A stretch of 64,000 bases of DNA, from positions 64,001-128,000 of IMG/VR virus record IMGVR_UViG_3300043423_000073. One strand, given 5' to 3'. This document shows, piece by piece, positions 34,786 through 45,664 of this stretch. Numbering within the stretch: position 1 is the first letter of the stretch; each line of letters begins with the position of its first letter. The position numbers and the translations under genes were made by a program. The DNA is from a virus (taxonomy: Duplodnaviria; Caudoviricetes). Under the pieces are notes generated by a model. That model saw only the letters and a program-made list of their open reading frames with translations, was not told the DNA's origin and made no database searches.

Positions 34786-36277
34786 AGCAAAAATGCCAAA
34801 CCGAAAAGGTACGTTAGACGTTGCTGGCAGTCTTGTGATTCCAAAATCGTTGGGAGACTTTGGTACACGCTCTATGGGCATTTATGCCGACGAGGTTAAC
34901 CTTGCTCGGGCAGTCCCTGATCTGATCGACGGTTTGAAGCCTGTTCAGCGCCGCATCCTTTGGGCAGCGTCGAACCTTGGAAAAGACTTTGTCAAAACTG
35001 CTCGATTGGTGGGTGACGTAATTGGGAGGTACCACCCACACGGCGATGCCAGTACTTCGAGCGCAATCGTTACGTTGGTGCAGGCGGCCACTCCGCCGAT
35101 TTCAGGAAAAGGGGGCTGGGGTAATTTAATTGATCCTGCCTCGGCGATGCGGTACACCAACTGTACGTTGTCCAATTACGGCTGGACGTTTTTCAGCCCC
35201 GACTACATTAACAGGCAGGTCACCTCGTTTGTTCCTAACTACGACGACACTGCGATGGAGCCAGTCAGCTTACCTAGCATGTTACCGAACGTGCTTATCA
35301 ATGGCGGTGAAGGCATCGGCGTCGGCACCACAACCTGCCTGCCTTCGTTTACGCCTGAATCGCTCGCCGTCGTCATTAAGCGGCGCCTAGCAGGTGAGGC
35401 CCTTGAGCCGCTTGACTATGCAAAGGTGCTCAAATACCAACACCGCTGGGGTGGAAGACTTGTTAACTCGAAGGAGAACAAGCAGGCATGGCTGGCACTA
35501 TTTAGTGCTCCTGGTTCTTCCGTTCAGTTCGAGTCCAACGTGATCATCAACCGTGATCTCAAATTCATTGAGATTGACGACTGGCCGCAAGGTCTGAACC
35601 CGGTCAAGTTCATTGCGCGTGTTAGAGCTTTGCCTGAATGTGCCTCAGCGGTTAACAGTCGCGGTGCAACCTGCTTTCGTATTGAGTGCCGCAAGGATTA
35701 CAACCTTGCCCAGTTCGACAAGTTTGTTGACAAGGTAAAGAAGATGACAGTGGTACGGCGCGCGTTCCGCCTCAATGTCACGCACCGAGAAAGCAGTGTT
35801 GACGACGGCGTTGTGTCCTTCACTACCAAGTACCTGAGCCTGTCTGTGCCAGATTTGCTGACAGCCTGGTTGCGAGAGCGTCTTAAGCTGGAAAAGAGGT
35901 CTCTAAACTTTCGTATTGTTCGCCAGCAGGCCGCAATCGACTACAGCAAGCTTTTGATATTCGCCTGCGACAATCTGGATGCGATTTTCAAAGCTCTCCG
36001 TCAGCCTGACAGCAAAGCCTTCTTGGTTAAGAGTCTCAAGTTAACGGAAGAGCAGGCAGACCAGATACTTGATCTCAAGGTGCGCCAGTTGTCCCGACTT
36101 GATCAGGATGTTATCAAGCAGCGCCTCAAAGATCAACTTGGTGTGCTAAAGCAGCTGCGCGCTTGGTTAGCAAGCCCAAAGGCTAAAGTGGCTGCGGATA
36201 TTGACCAAGTGATTGCCGCAATCGAACTCGACAAAAAGTTTGCTTTGTCCAAGACACAGAATCTCGTTTCAGCCTAA
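34775..36277 (+). CDS. Type IIA topoisomerase, breakage-reunion (GyrA/ParC-like) subunit lacking the C-terminal pinwheel
   Basis: DGLKPVQRRIL, YHPHGD, AMRYT catalytic Tyr; only 500 aa. Confidence 0.95.
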   Translation: MKPKAKMPNRKGTLDVAGSLVIPKSLGDFGTRSMGIYADEVNLARAVPDLIDGLKPVQRRILWAASNLGKDFVKTARLVGDVIGRYHPHGDASTSSAIVTLVQAATPPISGKGGWGNLIDPASAMRYTNCTLSNYGWTFFSPDYINRQVTSFVPNYDDTAMEPVSLPSMLPNVLINGGEGIGVGTTTCLPSFTPESLAVVIKRRLAGEALEPLDYAKVLKYQHRWGGRLVNSKENKQAWLALFSAPGSSVQFESNVIINRDLKFIEIDDWPQGLNPVKFIARVRALPECASAVNSRGATCFRIECRKDYNLAQFDKFVDKVKKMTVVRRAFRLNVTHRESSVDDGVVSFTTKYLSLSVPDLLTAWLRERLKLEKRSLNFRIVRQQAAIDYSKLLIFACDNLDAIFKALRQPDSKAFLVKSLKLTEEQADQILDLKVRQLSRLDQDVIKQRLKDQLGVLKQLRAWLASPKAKVAADIDQVIAAIELDKKFALSKTQNLVSA

Positions 36278-36373
36278 AAACTGTAAATGAGTTTTGTGTA
36301 AAAAGATTTTTCCCGGTGTTTCGGGAAAATACCCCCGCGCATATCGCGCATTTCAACTAAGTGAGAAAACCAC

Positions 36374-36688
36374 ATGAAAACAAAAACCGCAACTGCCGCA
36401 CCTGCGAACTTGGCCAAAGGCGTCGCCGCTCTCGCGCGCGACAACACTCGCCTGACCCGCCTGGTTGCGCGCCTGGAAGCCCAAGTCGCCAAAGCACAAG
36501 GCAAAGCACCCGCCAAAGCCGCCAAGGCCGAGAAAGCTGCTCCTGCGAAGGCTGCCACGGTGAAAGCTGCTCCCGCCAAGGCAGCGAAGGCTGTCAAAGC
36601 CACCAAGGCCGCTCCCGTCAAAGCCAAAGCTGCCAAGCCCGCTCCCGCCGCCAAGGCGAAGAAGGCCAGCAGCGACTTTGACATCTGA
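36374..36688 (+). CDS. Histone H1-like Lys/Ala/Pro-rich protein
   Basis: KAAPAKAA repeats; ends SSDFDI. Confidence 0.7.
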   Translation: MKTKTATAAPANLAKGVAALARDNTRLTRLVARLEAQVAKAQGKAPAKAAKAEKAAPAKAATVKAAPAKAAKAVKATKAAPVKAKAAKPAPAAKAKKASSDFDI

Positions 36689-36701
36689 TTGCTTTGCAGT
36701 C

Positions 36702-36730
36702 CTAGGGCCAGCCTAACCTGGCTGGCCCTA
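36702..36730 (+). terminator. Hairpin after the histone-like gene
   Basis: tagggccagcc / ggctggcccta stem with no clear U-tract. Confidence 0.45.
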
Positions 36731-36758
36731 ACCCCATTCCCCAAGAACTGGAAACATC

Positions 36759-37724
36759 ATGTTCGACATTGAAGCAAGCCACCGACGAACTGAGGCCGCG
36801 CTAGAGGCAACGAAAAAGACGCGCCAGCTTTACGCCGCCTTGACGACCTATCTCTCGCCTGATCGCTCTCCTAAGCGTATTGTTGCCGGCCTGGTTAAAG
36901 CACACGATTGGTTCGCTGAAAGCGGCATAGCACAGGTTCAAGGCCTAGGCGCCGCTTCTCGTGTTCTTCGGAACGAGCTGCAAAGCTTTCTTACCTATGC
37001 CGCCAAGTGCGCAGAGTCTAATCAGCCAATCACGGAAGAGTTGATCCCCGACGCAGCAAAGGCGCTAGTCGCCGCCTCGGACGCAGCCTTGATTGACGCC
37101 CGAGCTTCTGCCCGACGGGCGACACTTGCCTCCGACGGCTATGCCGCGCACACCGAGGAGCATCAAGCGCTGATGCGAAAAAATGCAAAGTTTGCATCTC
37201 GGCTCCCTAACATTGAACAAAAGGGCTTTGGCTTTGCGCGAGTGCCTGTGGTCTTCACTACGAACCAGGGCCTCAACAAGCACGCAGGCATCGGTTGGCT
37301 GAACAAAGAGCTGGTCGAGTCCTTAGGGTTCAGCATTGACGTCCTCGACGGTTACGCAGTCCTCAACAATCAGATTGTGCTTGGCGTTGACTCTCGCATC
37401 TCCAAGATTCGTGAAGTCGATCTTACCACGGAGCAGGTGCTGCACAAGGACAAGAAGGTCACTGACCGAGTGGTGACTTTCAAGGGCGGTCGTCCTGAGA
37501 TTGTTGACCGTAAGCGTGCCGCAAAGCCTCGCGACTTTGTGGACGAGTACATTAAGTTGCTCAACAAGAAGACTAACGTGGTTCACACGCTGGTGTCAGA
37601 ACGCGCACACGGTCACAAGGGCGACAGCTGGTTTTGGATTATGCCTGCTCGCGATCTTCGTCGTCTTGCCCGGGCGTTCCCTGGCGGCGCCGTGCAAACC
37701 GCAACCTGGGGCTTTGCCTTCTAA
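36759..37724 (+). CDS. Hypothetical protein
   Basis: 321-aa ORF. Confidence 0.7.
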   Translation: MFDIEASHRRTEAALEATKKTRQLYAALTTYLSPDRSPKRIVAGLVKAHDWFAESGIAQVQGLGAASRVLRNELQSFLTYAAKCAESNQPITEELIPDAAKALVAASDAALIDARASARRATLASDGYAAHTEEHQALMRKNAKFASRLPNIEQKGFGFARVPVVFTTNQGLNKHAGIGWLNKELVESLGFSIDVLDGYAVLNNQIVLGVDSRISKIREVDLTTEQVLHKDKKVTDRVVTFKGGRPEIVDRKRAAKPRDFVDEYIKLLNKKTNVVHTLVSERAHGHKGDSWFWIMPARDLRRLARAFPGGAVQTATWGFAF

Positions 37725-37726
37725 TC

Positions 37727-38212
37727 ATGCAAAAGCTCATCGCACTTCCAACGGTAGAGACACGTGAGCTTCTCCAAGAGCTCATGTCTGCTTCACCAAT
37801 CCCAATCGACTACGACTCAATGTTTATTGAGATTGGTGTTTCGGACGGCCCGATTCCAACTAATCCTTCGGCCGTCTACACGGCAACGACGCTGGGCGGT
37901 AACGTGTGGTACGAAACAGCGACAGGCTCCTCGTACCTCATCTTTCCGCTGCAAGCCGAGCAAGCTTTGCTTGACCGACACAATGCCGTCGGTGACAGCT
38001 TTGGCCGCCGCCATTACGTGCCCTACCTGGTAGGGTGCCGAGAGCCGGTTATGCGACGTCAGCGTAAAAGCTGGATCAACTCCATTGCGAGCACGCTCGC
38101 GCTAAACCCTCGGGTGCTTTCTTTCCACAATGAGTTGGTGGTCGAGGAAACGGGAGTTGTGCCTACTCAGGCCGACTTTTACCAAAACTTTGTTTCAACC
38201 TCGTTTCTATGA
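37727..38212 (+). CDS. Hypothetical protein
   Basis: Start MQKLIAL just after the preceding stop. Confidence 0.6.
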   Translation: MQKLIALPTVETRELLQELMSASPIPIDYDSMFIEIGVSDGPIPTNPSAVYTATTLGGNVWYETATGSSYLIFPLQAEQALLDRHNAVGDSFGRRHYVPYLVGCREPVMRRQRKSWINSIASTLALNPRVLSFHNELVVEETGVVPTQADFYQNFVSTSFL

Positions 38213-38679
38213 CGCTAGGGCAGTTTGATCTTGTAAAAGATTACTGCTTTGTGTGTGGTCTCCGTTTCCGTGATGTTGTTCCTCCGGGGCCAGCTAACCG
38301 CGAGAACCACCACATAGTGCCGCGCAACGCAGGCGGTGAGGCCGGACCACAAGTCAGCCTGTGTGACGGACACCACACGTTGGTGCACAAGCTCGCGCAG
38401 GCAATGCACCGAGGCGCAAAAGTAGAAACCTTTCTTGCGGGCCTTGAGCGTGAGCAGCAAGCAAAGTTAGCCTGGCTTGCACAAGTGATTGTAAAGGCAG
38501 AGGCTGCCGTTGCCGATGACCCTAACAAGACGTTTGGCAGCAGCATCAAGTTTTCGCCGGACGAGCTAGCAATGCTTAAGGTACTCCAAACTACCTTGGG
38601 TAAGACCCGCACTGAGGTAATCAAGATTGCCTTAAAAATTCTTTATCAGCAAACCAAGGAAGGCCGCTATTCAAAGTAA
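38209..38679 (+). CDS. HNH-type zinc endonuclease-like protein
   Basis: CFVC...HHIVP..AGG...LCDGHH..VH. Confidence 0.7.
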   Translation: MTLGQFDLVKDYCFVCGLRFRDVVPPGPANRENHHIVPRNAGGEAGPQVSLCDGHHTLVHKLAQAMHRGAKVETFLAGLEREQQAKLAWLAQVIVKAEAAVADDPNKTFGSSIKFSPDELAMLKVLQTTLGKTRTEVIKIALKILYQQTKEGRYSK

Positions 38680-38715
38680 GAATCGCGGCCTTTCTTCTTT
38701 TCGGCCCTCATTAAA

Positions 38716-38979
38716 ATGTCAACCAACCCTTCAAGACTACCCATGTTCACTCTCCTTCTCATTGCTGACGATCAGCGTCACTTCCTCACCAAGTCAGAAA
38801 ACAGGTACACGGTACTCTGCAAGCAGGCGGATCTAGAGCGCCATTGCCGTCAAATGTCTGTGCCTCCAGTGCTTGACAAAAAGACTGCCCGATTCTTTGT
38901 CACTGATGAAGAAGGTCGGGTGTTAGCCGAAAGAGCTTTTACGGGAACCGGCAGTAGAACCTGGAAAATTGCCAAGTAA
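38716..38979 (+). CDS. Hypothetical protein
   Basis: 87-aa ORF. Confidence 0.5.
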   Translation: MSTNPSRLPMFTLLLIADDQRHFLTKSENRYTVLCKQADLERHCRQMSVPPVLDKKTARFFVTDEEGRVLAERAFTGTGSRTWKIAK

Positions 38980-39056
38980 AACGCCTACTCAGAATTTGTG
39001 TTACAATAAGGTACGGAACACTCCGTAGGAATTACGCTGCTTTTAAGGACCCAAAA

Positions 39057-39758
39057 ATGTCGAAAACTATACCCGTCTTGCCTGCCGCCACCACTGCCCT
39101 AGGCAAAGACGAGCCGCTAACCTGCGGCATGTGTTTGCACTTTAAGTCATCCGCCCATCGTGGTAAAGATGACCTTTGTTCGAAGCTCGGTGTGCGTGCG
39201 TTTCAGCCAGCACCTCGCTGCTTCACGCCGGACATTACAAAGGTCATCAAGAGCACGGATAACTTTGTTGCATTGCTCACGTTGCTCGGCGAGTACAGTC
39301 TGAGAGACTTGCGTATCCTGCAAGCCTATCTCCGTTCCGGCGTGCCTGACGGCTTTGCCTTAGGCGAGGAGGTTTACCTTAACCTTCGTCAGCGTGAGTA
39401 CGTCGCAAACTATGTTCGCGGGTTTATTGTTGGCCGCACCTCGTCGGGCGAGATCATTATCGCTGGCGACCCTTCAAACAAGACCAAAGGCAAAATCTTT
39501 TTTGCCTACCTAAAAGCCAGCACAAGCATTCTGCGGGCCAAGGAGTGGCGAGTGACTTACAGACAGCTTGTCGAGCGCGGTCGCATTGAGGATCCTAAGG
39601 TCGTAGGTGTTCCAGGTATCACGCATGAAGTGAAAGAGGACAATTACGAGGTGCCTACGATTGACAATGCGCCTGTGCCGCCCTCACCCGCGTCCTCTAA
39701 AAAGAAGGCAAAGGGCAGCAGCGGCAAGAAAGACTTGGTTGAGATTCTGACCATCTAA
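39057..39758 (+). CDS. Hypothetical protein with an N-terminal Cys cluster
   Basis: CGMCLHF...C...C; AAGGA ribosome-binding site. Confidence 0.7.
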   Translation: MSKTIPVLPAATTALGKDEPLTCGMCLHFKSSAHRGKDDLCSKLGVRAFQPAPRCFTPDITKVIKSTDNFVALLTLLGEYSLRDLRILQAYLRSGVPDGFALGEEVYLNLRQREYVANYVRGFIVGRTSSGEIIIAGDPSNKTKGKIFFAYLKASTSILRAKEWRVTYRQLVERGRIEDPKVVGVPGITHEVKEDNYEVPTIDNAPVPPSPASSKKKAKGSSGKKDLVEILTI

Positions 39759-39762
39759 GTTT

Positions 39763-40680
39763 ATGACCGCCTCAATCATTAACCTAGTAGGATCAAAAGA
39801 TCCTCACGTTCTGCACGGCATCTTTGACCACCTGTTCGGCAGCACAACCAAGTTTGAGTTTCGACGGCTATTCCCTGACTTTGCAGAAAGCAAAATCGTC
39901 TGGGACAAGGTAAACAGCAATGGTTACCTCATGCAGAACTGCAAACTCTTTGCCTGGGCCGCACACAGAGACAAACGCACACGGCCCTCGCAGTTTAATG
40001 TGATGCCGCGCGACGCAGCCTTTCTGCGAACAGTCGATCTACGGAGTGTGCCTAAGCGCTATCGTGCTTACTCACTTGCAGAGTTCGTTGCGCTAGAGTC
40101 GCGTATCTTGGTGTCAGGTGAGATGAAGACATACATTGGAAAGTTTGTGAGCCGCAAGCTCATATTCCTCCATAGGTACTACGGTCTGCCTCGCGAGGAC
40201 ATAGAGAACCATCTCGTGTGCAGCGCTCTCTACGCACTGAGAAAGCACTACCCACGGTATGAAGGCGAACTCCACGCGCTAAACATTTGCAAAACAGCTA
40301 TTCATAACTCTGGTATGGGCCTCATAGAGTTTTGGACGCGTGACAAACGCAATGCTATCAAGCAAGGCCAGGGCGTTAGCATTGCGCTTGATTCTCTACG
40401 TAACGTCGGTGTTGCGCCGGAGCATGAAAATGAGTTAAGGACGAATCTGCAGATGCTGGTTCAGCTCAGCGTGGGTTTACCGCCAATCCAACAGCGCTTT
40501 CTCTCCGCAGCGGCGGGTCTTCCAGACATGGGGCTGTCACTGTTCCTCGGTGCCGACAATTCAGTGCTTGCAGACTCAACGCCTTACTCAAGGTACCTCG
40601 CAAGCCTGAGAAACTATTATCGCATTGAGCTAGCAGAACAGGATCAGTTGCTGTCCTCTCTCAGAAACCGAATGGTTTAA
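39763..40680 (+). CDS. Possible divergent sigma-like factor
   Basis: EDIENHL...ALYAL...KTAIHN segment loosely resembles ECF region 2. The CDS is secure; the function is tentative. Confidence 0.4.
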   Translation: MTASIINLVGSKDPHVLHGIFDHLFGSTTKFEFRRLFPDFAESKIVWDKVNSNGYLMQNCKLFAWAAHRDKRTRPSQFNVMPRDAAFLRTVDLRSVPKRYRAYSLAEFVALESRILVSGEMKTYIGKFVSRKLIFLHRYYGLPREDIENHLVCSALYALRKHYPRYEGELHALNICKTAIHNSGMGLIEFWTRDKRNAIKQGQGVSIALDSLRNVGVAPEHENELRTNLQMLVQLSVGLPPIQQRFLSAAAGLPDMGLSLFLGADNSVLADSTPYSRYLASLRNYYRIELAEQDQLLSSLRNRMV

Positions 40681-40693
40681 CCAAAGGACCGAT

Positions 40694-42086
40694 ATGTCTA
40701 AGAACGTTTCGTTTGAAATTGTTGACCCGCCAGTTTATGCTCCGTATTCAGCCTCAGATGATATGGTTACTACTCAAAAAGTTCTGTGGAAAGGTGACTG
40801 GGCACTCAGTATTGCCGTTGACAAAACAGGTTTCGTCGGCAGAAACGGCTGTGGCTTCTACGTCTACAGTCACTGGCCTTTGCTCGGCAAGAGTGTCGTA
40901 GGAACCTGTAAATCCTTGGAAGAAGCGCATTCACTCGCAAAGAGGCGCCTCTCTGAGTTTGAGTGTTTCCTGCGGCGTATTTGGTTTTTACCACGCACCG
41001 AATTGACGAAGCCATCAGCTGAGGGCTAACATGAGCAAACCAACAAAGAAACAACTTGAAGCCTGGTTGGCCGAGGCTTCGATCTCTGACGAAGATTTTA
41101 GTCTCCGAAAACTTGCTGACAAGATTGGCGAACACGCGTTCAACGCTGGCCTTGCCGCAGCCGCGTCTTACCTGACTGGCACCGCGCAGGATTTTGAGGA
41201 GATGCGTGCCCGGCTGATTAACAGCCGCAGTCGCCCTACCGAGAACGAACGTAAAGAGGCCCAGGCATGCGAAGACAAAGCGAAATTATTGCGCGGCCAA
41301 GCAGGACACATAGCTGGTTTGAAACAGCGCTAGAGCGCTGGCAGGCAGCAAACGACTTACACAGTCTAGGCGGCCATTGCATTAGACTGTTGGCCGAGGC
41401 AGTTAAGCATCAAGGTATCAACCGAGCCTCCGTTTCTCCTGCCGCCGAGAAACTATATAGTCAAGGCTTCATCTTCGTAGACACCAGTGATCTTTGGTCT
41501 ACTGAGGTGACCATCAAACCTAGCCTGTGGGGTGAAGAGGCACTTGAGATACTGGACGATTTGCGCATGCCTAAGAAACTGCCAGAGCTAACACCGCTGC
41601 AACTCGACATCCTACGCTGTGCCATAAACACGGCCAAGGAGAACAACATTCAAACAGTGACGGTCTTGCGCGCATTACTGCTGCACCGTTGGCCTAAGAA
41701 GCCAAAGAGTATCGACGCGGCCCTTGAGCTTTGGGCTAACCATGAAAAGAGTAACCGTGAAAAATCTCGTTACCAAAGATGAGGGTGTAGAATCCCATTG
41801 CCAGCATACAACGCCTTGTTCCGACTGCCCTTGGCGCCGCGACTCGTTAAATGGTTGGTTAGGCGGTCACTCGGCCCAGGAGTTTGTTGGCATTGCCAAG
41901 TCAGACTTTCCTTATCCCTGCCACACCGTCACCAATCAACAGTGTGCGGGTATGGCAATCTTCCGTCGCAACATAATCAAGATGCCTAGACCGCCTGCAC
42001 TTATTTTGGAGAAAGACAAAGAGACCGTGTTTGCTAACCAAGATGAGTTTCTTGCGCATCACACCTTTTCCAAAGGACACGACTAA
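40694..42086 (+). CDS. Run of four small hypothetical genes (40694-41029, 41031-41333, ~41267-41782, ~41742-42086)
   Basis: Tightly packed ORFs; the last has a PCSDCPWR...CH...CAG Cys motif. Confidence 0.55.
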
Positions 42087-42384
42087 TGAAAACCTCCGAC
42101 ATACTGGCAAAAGCCAAAACGCATCTGTGGACAGGTCACTGGGAAATACGCCTTGGGTGCCGTTTTATCTGCCACGCAGTTGACCGCGTGAAAGAGGCAC
42201 GGTTCTACGATTGTACATACGTTAGGCGATAATTAACACCAGGATTAAACCACACGCTACGGCTAAGGACTGGCTCCGTGCCCAGCTAGGCGAAGACCTT
42301 GTCCCTACTGACCTGCAGATGCAAACTTGGCGACACCAGTGGCTTGACCAGCTGATTGAGGAGTTTAAGGCCAAAGGCGACTGA
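42086..42384 (+). pseudogene. Frameshifted small gene (or sequencing indel)
   Basis: MKTSDILAKAK...FICHAV...YVR continues in another frame as IINTRIKP...QTWRHQWLDQLIEEFKAKGD-stop; the span is 299 nt, one base short of a whole frame. Confidence 0.6.
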
Positions 42385-42509
42385 CTACGCTTCCTAACCG
42401 GGACAAGGAGCAAAATATCGCCAGAAACGCCGTAAAACCCTCAAAAACCACCTAAATTTACCGTTTTTAGGTGGTTTTTGCCCTATTTTGGCTAAAAACG
42501 CCGTTTTAA

Positions 42510-42562
42510 GTAGGTTTTTCGTGTATAATTAAGGTACAGGAATGTAGGAATACCTATGCCTG
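42510..42562 (+). promoter_or_regulatory. Repeated promoter-leader element, copy 3
   Basis: Near-identical to copy 1. Confidence 0.75.
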
Positions 42563-42601
42563 TAATTTTTACAGCCCCAAGCCTTTTTTAGGAGATTGAA
42601 A

Positions 42602-45219
42602 ATGACTCAACACAACCAAACCAACCAGTCCAACCAACCCAACCCAGACAAGCGCTTCTTAGCCACCTTTATGCAGTGTGTTGCCGAGGCCATGGCGCAT
42701 CCTGTAAACCTTCAAGCTACTGACGCACTTGAGTTACATGATGCAATGCTCTATAGCATTGATCCGGCTAACGCCGCTCCTTTCTTTATGCAACGTGGCT
42801 ACGACGGCGCAGACATTACCGAGCAGGCATTGACACAATGTGCCTACGCCTTAGGCTTGTCTCCGAGTAAACCCCAACGTACCTTTGCCGATATGCTTGC
42901 GCGCATTAAGCAACACCAACAAGGCTTGATCACTGATAGCGAATTGATTATGGCCTTACAGTGTACGCCTCACCAATTGACTGCACTGCTGCAATACTCA
43001 AGCCTGCCGCACAAGGCGCAAGGCAAAGTCAGCATTACCGACTGGGATGCCGAAGAAGGCGAAGCGCCCGTCGAGTCCGAGGCCAACATTACCAATGATG
43101 ACGACGTCGATACCGAACTCGATGCCGGTGGCGAGCGTTACGGCAGAAAGCTCAGAAAGAGCCGCTATGAAAGCAATGACTAAAACATCATTTGTACTGC
43201 GCAAGTTCCAACTCCAGCCTAGCTGGCCTTAAAAGGTGCCCCCATGGACAAGTTAACCGAACCCGGTCCTTCCGGGTACGACGATTTTATAGATGATCGT
43301 TTGGCTGAGTGCATTGAGTGGATTGAACGTCACCCTGACGGCAAACACTACGTCGCATGTTTTCTGCGATCAACCGCACAAGACCTAGGGAAACGCTTCC
43401 CCAACGCAACAGCGTTGCCGCTCTCACAGTTAGCCACAGGATGGTCAACTACTGATGAGAACGCGTACCTGTGCTGCACCTGGACGTTACGGTCTAGCGC
43501 CGTCGCAGCCCAGTTAGGCGGCCGACTAAGAGGAGCAAAGGCTCGTGAACACACGCTGATTTTTACGGAAGAAGGAAAGTTTCATGGCTAAAACAGCATT
43601 TGTAATGAGCAAGGAAATGGCCGACGTTGAGCGCCTCGGCGCTCTCAAAGAGCAGATTGCCGCGCTTCAGCGTGAGCACGACAAGCTGGAAACACGCCTG
43701 CGCAAAAAGTTAGGTCGTCGCATAGGCCTAACTTTTATGCTCAATGTGTTTGACAGCACAAACAAGACCTTCAACTATGCCCGCGCCAAGCGCCTACTTG
43801 GGGCTGACACCTACGCTCGCTGCTGGAAAGAAAATGCGTACCGCACCAGCCGTTTAACCAAACTCACTGAGGAGTAAGACATGGAAATCAAATCGCCCTA
43901 CGACCTAAAGCGTGATGTTGACACTGCGCTCTTCAATGTGCAGATGGTCATCGAAGCAGCGCAGAAAAAGTTTGCGTCTGGCGAATACTGCTTCACCTGG
44001 CCGACTGTGCTTGGTTTGCTAAACAAGCTGGACGAGTTTAATCCCGAAAAGACTTTCACCTTGTTCTGGCACGATGGTACAACACAGTTAGTGACCGGTA
44101 ATACCCTCCACCTGGCGTTGTTCAAAGCAGGGGTTGTGCGACAAGCCTCCTCTGACCATTTCGGTTGGGCGGAAGGTGACGTCCGTTCTTCTTATGAGTG
44201 GGACGAAGTATCCCGCAATTGGGAACCTACGGTATGAGAATCAAATACACGACAAGGCAGAACGCGCTCAATCCCGTTGCGCGTTCAGTTGCGCAAGCAA
44301 AGCTTGCCCAGTCTTTTCTTTTGCAAAAACTCAAACTCTACAGTTGGGAAGAGGGAGCAGCTTGTGCGGCACCTCTTCGTGAGGTTGCGAACACGCTGGC
44401 TGTCCTAGCCTTGGCTGCTCGCCTCGACCCGCTGCAAAAGAACAACCGGCATCTACCTGAGGTCGATTACGGTATCGAGCTCTGCTCAACCATTGCGTCC
44501 ACAGGTATGTGGCGCCCTGACGCTGCGCCTGCCATTGAGGAGGCGCTCGATGCGGCACTCAATCTTTACAAGCGGGTCAATCCGCGCTTCATTGCCAAAG
44601 CGGCCTGACTATGAAAGAGCGCTATCGCCTAGTCTCACTAAACGGTGAGGTCACGCTGCCTGCAATAAAGCAGTGCCTTCGTCAGGGCAAGATGTATCGC
44701 CACTATTGGCAAGCCCCGGTCAAGCGTTTCCTCGTGCGCTGCACGATTGATCGCCACGGTAAGCATTACCGAGTTGTAGCAGTAGGCGGACCTGACCCTA
44801 TGGGTTATGTGTGGCAGCCGGTCGCCCATTTTGATATGGTTTTTATCTCCAAGGAGAAGTAAATGCGAGTTGTTACTCATAGCAATCGTGATTTAGAAAA
44901 TGCAAGACTGTTCGTTGCGCGGCATTGTTGGGACGTTGAGCGCTTTCGTACTTACCGCGAATACAACACCATTGTCACGCCCACCGACACTGGCTTCGAG
45001 TACAGGATTAGCGAAAAACGACCATCAACCAGATGGTTGACCATCTACCTGCACTTTACCTGGGCGGAGTTATCTTGCGCGCGAAAACCAGAAAAGCACG
45101 TCGCCTTTCGCGTGCGCGGTCTTTACCGTCGTTTCAAGCTCGCCCGGAGTAAACGCCAAGATGAACATCTTTATACTCGACCTAGATCCCAGACGCGCGG
45201 CAGCTTATCACTGCGATAA
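42602..45219 (+). CDS. Run of small hypothetical genes (42602-43183, 43244-43591, 43584-43877, 43881-44237, 44234-44608, 44611-44862, 44863-45219)
   Basis: Contiguous coupled ORFs downstream of promoter copy 3. Confidence 0.6.
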
Positions 45220-45664
45220 GCACTGCGTAAAGATGATTGTCGAGTCGGCTCAATTGTTGTGCATTGCGCACCATGCGCTAGGCTCTGCTACACCCAGCAT
45301 GTACAAGGCCACACACTCGAATCATCCGTCCGCAGTATGGGCACGAACGTCGATAGAAAACTACAGGTGGCTACACCAGCTCACCTTTTGGCTTTGCAAA
45401 GAGTACACTCACAGGTACAGCAAAATCCACAAGGTTGAATGGTCCGGTTTGTTGACCGAGCTAGAGAAAGCCCCACCTGTGATGAAGAAAGAACTTACGC
45501 CTTTTGCTCAGGCAATGCCGATTGAGTATAGAGGCGAAGACGCCGTTGAGGCATACCGCCTCTTGTACGCGGCAGAGAAACTGCGTTTCAGTAAATGGAC
45601 TAACCGTCCTATGCCTGCATGGTTGCAAAGTTTTGGTTTCAAGGAGTTTGTATGGAATTCTTAG
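45161..45664 (+). CDS. Pyrimidine-dimer DNA glycosylase / endonuclease V family protein
   Basis: MNIFILD...HCDKHCVKMIVESAQLL...HSNHPS..W...EY..RY.K.H...AYR. Confidence 0.8.
   Translation: MNIFILDLDPRRAAAYHCDKHCVKMIVESAQLLCIAHHALGSATPSMYKATHSNHPSAVWARTSIENYRWLHQLTFWLCKEYTHRYSKIHKVEWSGLLTELEKAPPVMKKELTPFAQAMPIEYRGEDAVEAYRLLYAAEKLRFSKWTNRPMPAWLQSFGFKEFVWNS

Noticed and set aside
32920-36277. True DNA gyrase
   Set aside because: The A subunit lacks the C-terminal pinwheel and GyrA box, so it is called a generic type IIA topoisomerase.
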